Shown: positions 57,930-64,000 of the stretch, piece by piece
How the letters are laid out: every line of letters starts with the position of its first letter
Position numbering within the stretch: the first letter of the stretch is position 1
DNA from: Octopus vulgaris
Lineage: Eukaryota
Assembly (NCBI GenBank): GCA_951406725.2
Contig: OX597832.1
Coordinates: 12,958,001-13,022,000, forward strand
Reading direction: 5' to 3'
DNA: 64,000 nucleotides
Program-made: the position numbers and the translations under genes
Notes under the pieces: generated by a model
The model's database searches: none
Told to the model about the DNA's origin: nothing
Seen by the model: only the letters and a program-made list of their open reading frames with translations

Positions 57930-57965
57930 CTTTCTGTCGAAGAGCATAGGCTTGAAACGTAAAAG
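57930..57965 (+). ncRNA. Variant hammerhead-like motif (core CUGUCGA) in a short repeat ending at (TA)n
   Basis: CUUU-CUGUCGA-A-GAGC-AUAG-GCUU-GAAA-CGUA-AAAG: stems I and II and GAAACGUA intact; the A6 core position is U. Confidence 0.5.
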
Positions 57966-58049
57966 ACTTTCTCACTCTCCGAGCGTTAAACTAATACATC
58001 TGTTTCTTGCTCACACACCCGTCTTTTGTTGTATTTTTTTGTAAATTCG

Positions 58050-58094
<45 letters not shown>

Positions 58095-58669
58095 AGAGAG
58101 AGAGAGCGATTGAGATAAGAGATGTTTCATTGTGAGTCAGTGGAAGAGATACTGTTTAAATCTTTATTTAAAACTAATTTCTTCTAGCGACCCAAGTTTC
58201 ACGTAGCTGCAGTCTTCAAGTGCACTGTCAGCTTTATTTGCGCAGGTTTTCTACCATTGAATCATGTTCTTTTGTCTAATGTTAATTGTTTTATTAGCTG
58301 ATTACAAATGTTTTCTAAATACAGCATTGACTACGAATGACATCCGCCAATTTTATATTATTTTCTAATAAATCTTTAGTCTGTTTTCCTTTTATTTTCT
58401 CTGTGAATCGATTTTTGTATCTTGGTTGTCTTATAATTATTTCTGAAATTGGTTGCCGTTCTTCAGTTCATTGACCATTCTATAAGTGAGCAAAATACTG
58501 CAATATATAAATAAATATGACAAACTGCCTCAATCAAAAATAAATAGACTTAAAGTCGACATAATCATCCAAGAAAAGTTTTCGACTAAGTAACGTGATT
58601 CTACAAATATTTACTAAAATCTAACACGTTCAGAATATGATTGGTACACATATAACACATACAAGCTTG

Positions 58670-58759
58670 ACATCTGGGGCAATTGTCATCTACTATAGTT
58701 TCGGGCTGACCGAAGCTTTGTGAGTGGATATGGTGACGGAAACTGAAAAGAAGCCCGTA

Positions 58760-58813
<54 letters not shown>

Positions 58814-59010
58814 ATGTGTTTGTGTGTGTGTATCAATGGGCAGTTGATGTTGGCGTGTCTACGTCCCCGTAACTTAGTGGCTTGGCAAAGTGTTCCATAG
58901 TATAAGTACCAGGCTTAAAAAGAATAAGTCCTAGAGTCAATTTCTTTGTCTAAAAGGTGGTTATTCAGCATGGCTGCAGTCCAATGAACGAAACAAGTAA
59001 AAGAAAAAAA
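58670..59010 (+). mobile_element. SINE family A, 5'-truncated, internal (TA)n(TG)n
   Basis: ctactatagtttcgggctgaccgaagctttgtgagtgga...cgtccccgtaacttag...cagcatggctgcagtccaatgaacgaaacaagtaaaaga. Confidence 0.82.
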
Positions 59011-61988
59011 GATTAACATAATACAAAGACAAGGCTAGACAGATTAACTATAAACCACATACATCGTCCATTTTAGACAAACACCAATGACAGATATGAC
59101 GAACATTTGTTCGTTTATTTGTGTCCCGTTATTGCACTTCAGCGGATAGACTGTGCACTCTATGTATATACTCCTCAAACCAGCAATTACAGTTATCTCG
59201 AAAAGATGCAAAGACAAGGAAATATCGATATCCATCATTCTCATCACGCTCAATTTTAGGTATTTAGTGTCATACAGAGATGTTTTTCCCTTCTGTGACT
59301 CTCTTGGAGCCAATGCATAAACAAAGCACATTCAATAATGTGACACCGAATCATACACACGCGCGCACGCATATACACACCTATATATTTCATTTTATTT
59401 GGCTTCATGTTAGACAACTCACCAATGACCAAGCCTGCCACATGGAAACGGTAATACTTGTCTCCATCTTGGATGAGAATACACGAAGCTGCAAGAGATT
59501 GTACGGGATTTCAAGATAAATATAAAGATCAAGAGAGATAACTTATAGAAAAAAAGCATAATTGCAGTTTCTCTAGCATTCTTCCACCATTATTGAAATC
59601 AACTGTGTTCACAGTAGATTTATTGATTCCTTAATCTTTTTTATGTGAGAATAATCGTTCATGTCCAAATTCATAAATATAAATATACAAGTATGTGCAT
59701 GGACATCCATACAAATTATGTGCGCACACCAAATTACAGCATATATCCATGTGTGTGTGTGTGAGAGAGAGAGAAAGAGAGAGAGAGATTATTATTTTCT
59801 GAAACATAAAGCACTGTAATATAATTTGAAGTAGTTATAATTCAAATATGTTATGTTCTCATATAGCCTACACTTCCGGCATGAACCCTGAGAGAAACCA
59901 ACATTAGGTTATGCTACTGGACGTCTTTTATGCGTGTTGTATCCAGGATGGAAGCCCAATGAAAGGGAGACAACAATTATGATTTTCCTCTAAGTTCCCT
60001 CCTATGATCTCTATACTTATTTATCCAAAGATACCCTAACGTCTTGTGTATTGTTATGTGTTTTTATCGAAAATGGAGATAAGTGCCAAGGTCTCCATAT
60101 GGCCGGCCTGGTAGTTGTTTAGAGATTTTTCTCTGCATGGAACCATTAATAGCCTTTTAACCCACAAATAAACAGTATTTATCTACCAACGCAGTTTTGA
60201 GCTATCATTGTCAATGTTCGATTTTAACGTATATGTAAAAATGTTCAAAGACGTGTGGAACAAATATCCGAAAGGACAAGATATAAATACGGATAAACAT
60301 CAGTCCACTTTGATTCCAGAACCCCTGAGAATTCGAACCTTCGTAATTAGTACCCTTCATCTTGTATGCACAACGCGAAAAGAAGACAAGTCTTGCTTCT
60401 ATAAACGCAAGGGCCGTGAAAAAGTGTTAAGCTTGATAACAGAGAATACAAAAACAAGAGAAATACAATTCTGAGCATTGAAAGTCCATTAAACAAAGTC
60501 AAGTTAATTGCCAGACATACGTACGAAGTTTGTTTCAAATAAAGTCCTTCTATTCAATTAGAGATTCAGGTATTAAGTAAAATAAGAATGAGACATACAG
60601 CGACTTTGTTCATTAGCATGATCCTCCGGGTTTTAAAAAAATGCAATATAAAAAGTTGTGCTACGATGTAAAAATGGAACTGCATCCTAAACAGTTACGC
60701 TAGTATTTCGAATATTTGTTTGATCGTCAGATTGTAGTATGTGAGTATGTGAGTCAGATATATTTTTCCTTGTTTCTCATGTTAAACAAGGACTGAAAAT
60801 ATTTAGTCGTTAGAGTGTTAGCTTACGCGAATCAGATATCTGATACGTTAATTTATATCCTCATTAGCTTTTGGTTTATTGATGTTTGTAAATATCAAAT
60901 ACGTGGAAACGAAATATAAAGTTTCCGTTTGTAATATGATATCGCTCGTGTAAACTTTATTCACGCAGATGTAATTTCTACCAATTTTATGTTCCTTGTC
61001 GCTTTTTTTTGTATCTGATTTGTTTTTTCGGACAGTTTAATTCACTATCAATTAAATGATTGTAAAGATGTTTGAACAATAAAATGTCTCGTCTATGATT
61101 CATATGAAGCGAATTGCTGAAAGACTGTATTCTATTGTGGGGAAAAAATAAATGTATTTCTTTAACAATACATCGATTTGCATTAACAGCGTGAACCTCA
61201 CCGGTGAAAGGAGATCTGCAAACTAATGGGTGAATCCCTTTTCCTCAGTCCATAGCAAATAAATGTTATGAATACAAATATCTATTTAAAACTGTAAATT
61301 TTAGGTAATTTGTTTGAAATAGTCCAATCTATTTTCATCCGTTCGCTTCTACTCTAGACATTTAAATTAAGTTTAAATGAAAATTTTATTATATGTGAAT
61401 CTTCAGCATTTAGACATAAAATGTCTGTAATCTCAGCACATGTTCGACTGCTTCAGTATTTCCTTATCCAAATGTCAATCCATCTCAGTATTATTTATAA
61501 ATAAATGAACACATACTCATACATAGGAGGAACTTTCGTCAGATTGAGGTCTCTCCGTTGATGGAATACTCGGCCTTTGGAATCTTTGCTGCTATCATTG
61601 TTGCTTTTGTTGCTGCTGGTGGTGTTGGCGATGGTGTTGATTCAGGTGGTGCTGGACTTGGCGCTGTTGATAACTCCCTACTTTCTACCCTCACAGCCTA
61701 CATGTGTCGTAGCTAAAAGAGAACGACAAGGCCAGAATCCGATGACCACCAGAACAGGGAGATAACAACTTTTGCTTATATCCGGTTCCTTTCCCCCTTC
61801 CATACTTTAAAGGGGCCATAAGCCAACAAGTCTTTGGATCTGATGATACGCCATAAAGATAATTTTTATAGCGAGAAACCTAGGTTAAACCTATAAACAA
61901 GTCTTCACCAGTAATGAATATAGACCGCTCTACATCTTAGAGTGTGCTTCTCCGTTTTAAAGTTTTTGTAAACAAAAAAAGCGATACA

Positions 61989-62133
<145 letters not shown>

Positions 62134-63320
62134 AGGGGGTGATGCACACAAGTCAATATGGCTCAAAATATAAGTAGGTACATTTTTCATTGACAATCGG
62201 TAGAAGAGACAAAGTGACTTAAAGACTGAAAGTTTCATGCACAAGCACTTATATATATATATGTATAACTGTCTGTGTTTATGTATGGATATTTTTTTAT
62301 GGTATAACTTGTATTTATTCGAACTTGTATATATTTTTCTATCGAATCTTTCTTAGCTGAATAGTAGCTGTAACAGAGCGCCGAACAAAATAACAAAATA
62401 TTCTGTACCAAGTGTGAGGAAATTAAACCTCATAAATTGAGTATGTATTAGGGTCCATTCAATTCATTATACGCTTCTATGTATATCCGTGTTTATGTGC
62501 GAAACTTACCACTTGCGTTAGGTTGTTAGGTCCACTTATTTCTAGCTTCAAGTTTCTTCGGTACCAAATTCGTTTATTTTCCCTGCAGGCTCTATTAAAT
62601 AGACGAAGTACGTCTCCCATCAATTCTTGGTACCGTTCTAATTTATGAAATCAATATATGCTATTGATTATTGTGTCTTTCTTGAATAATGAGAAATTCA
62701 ATGTGGTTAAAAATATGGTTGTTGAGGACAGTGAATTAATAGACTTGCTTTCATATTGCCTGTATTCTAATTCAATTATATTGTTTTAGATTCCACGGTG
62801 CACTTTAGAGTAAATAAAAATATGATGATGCACTTTCGATATGAAGTCAAATATGCATTAAAAATTGTGTTTATACAAGTTAGCATACAATTGTCAATGT
62901 TTCAAGCAAAGAATATTTACTTATGCTTACTTTTATATGAATATATGAATATATGAAATATTGTTTTAAAATACTTTTTCATTTAAATTTTAATTTGTTT
63001 TGTTTATCTGTGAATAAAATTCTTTTATTATCGGTAAGTATTTCCTCACTTCACGCTACACATCTAATTTCCCCTGCCAGAGTTTTGGACATAGATATAG
63101 GCATTAGCAAAAGTATCCAAGTGTTGAATAAAATGTCTATTTCTCAAAAATTTAGAAGAGGATTTTTCAAAGCGAACAGATGACATGAATTACACAATAA
63201 ATTTAAAATCAGGTCATTAAATATCTAGTGTACATACTGCAGTGTTTCTGGGTTTTTTTTAACGCCACCTATATATTTATTACTAATATAAATCACTTCC
63301 GAATATATTTCTATTTTCAG

Positions 63321-63436
63321 AGATCCCAATAAACCTGTAAAACAAGAATCGGTTCATGGCGGAAGAGTGATTAATCGTTTCATGGACCTCAATTGGCCAA
63401 AATACGAAGAGGAGGAGCAGAAGTATATACATATTG
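63321..63436 (+). CDS. NLGN: Next neuroligin exon (116 bp), missed by the ORF track
   Basis: ctattttcag acceptor ends at 63320; donor G|GTAAGC at 63436/63437. GG from the previous exon plus A gives G-DPNKPVKQESVHGGRVINRFMDLNWPKYEEEEQKYIHI(G), matching the neuroligin GDPN.PV.Q......NRF....W.KY....Q.YLHIG segment that follows YWTNFAKTG. Confidence 0.92.
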
Positions 63437-63957
63437 GTAAGCTGTATTCCAAGTGTTCTTTTTGTTTTCTGGTAAAGTTATTTCTGCGACCTCATCAGCT
63501 TTGACAATTCTAACTGCATTTCAGATAGTGTATGATGAATTATGATATTCAGTAGACACCTTTTGTTCCGTTGTTTTTCCCTTATTAGTAAGTAATATTA
63601 TGTTTGTGGAAATTTGCTTCTTATACATGAAAACGTGTACGGACTTCCATAACTGGTTTACTTAGAATGGTTCTTTTCACAAATGCATCGGCATACAATC
63701 AGAAACTTGAATGATCAAATATATGATCGCGTTTGTATACAATATCTATAGACGATAGGGAATAGAAAATGTTTAGATTCTTCACATGAGTATACAAAGC
63801 AACTTTTCTTATTCTTCAAGTATTGATCAGTATACTATTACAGAATTGAACTCTGTAACATATATGCCACATACAAAATTGTTGCACGATATTGCTTGCA
63901 AAATACTTCAAAAATTGTTCCAAGATATGTCTTGCCGTCAAGTGACCGATATTTAGC

Positions 63958-64000
<43 letters not shown>

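Noticed and set aside
62589-62607. Candidate small exon after ttattttccctgcag, ending before gtacgt
   Set aside because: 19 nt, not frame-preserving, and contains an in-frame TAA in phase 2.

Overview
Eukaryotic, AT-rich genomic DNA dense in microsatellites and SINEs. The tRNA-derived SINE families and the (TA)n/(GATA)n load suggest an octopus (coleoid cephalopod) genome; this is an inference from recognised repeats. The only host gene is a + strand neuroligin-family gene, seen as two phase-compatible internal exons (37844-38630 and 63321-63436). They are separated by a 24.7-kb intron and preceded by an intron of more than 37.8 kb. The rest is intronic: several SINE families, three mariner relics, a non-autonomous Helitron, RTE and CR1/L2-like LINE 3' ends, and degenerate Penelope-like (GIY-YIG) relics. 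The most notable signal is at least six type-I hammerhead-ribozyme-like motifs plus several fold-back elements, many inserted in (TA)n tracts, which look Penelope-derived. One near-canonical hammerhead lies on the pre-mRNA strand inside the neuroligin intron. Almost all ORFs in the supplied track are microsatellite artefacts. All alignments and folds were done by eye.
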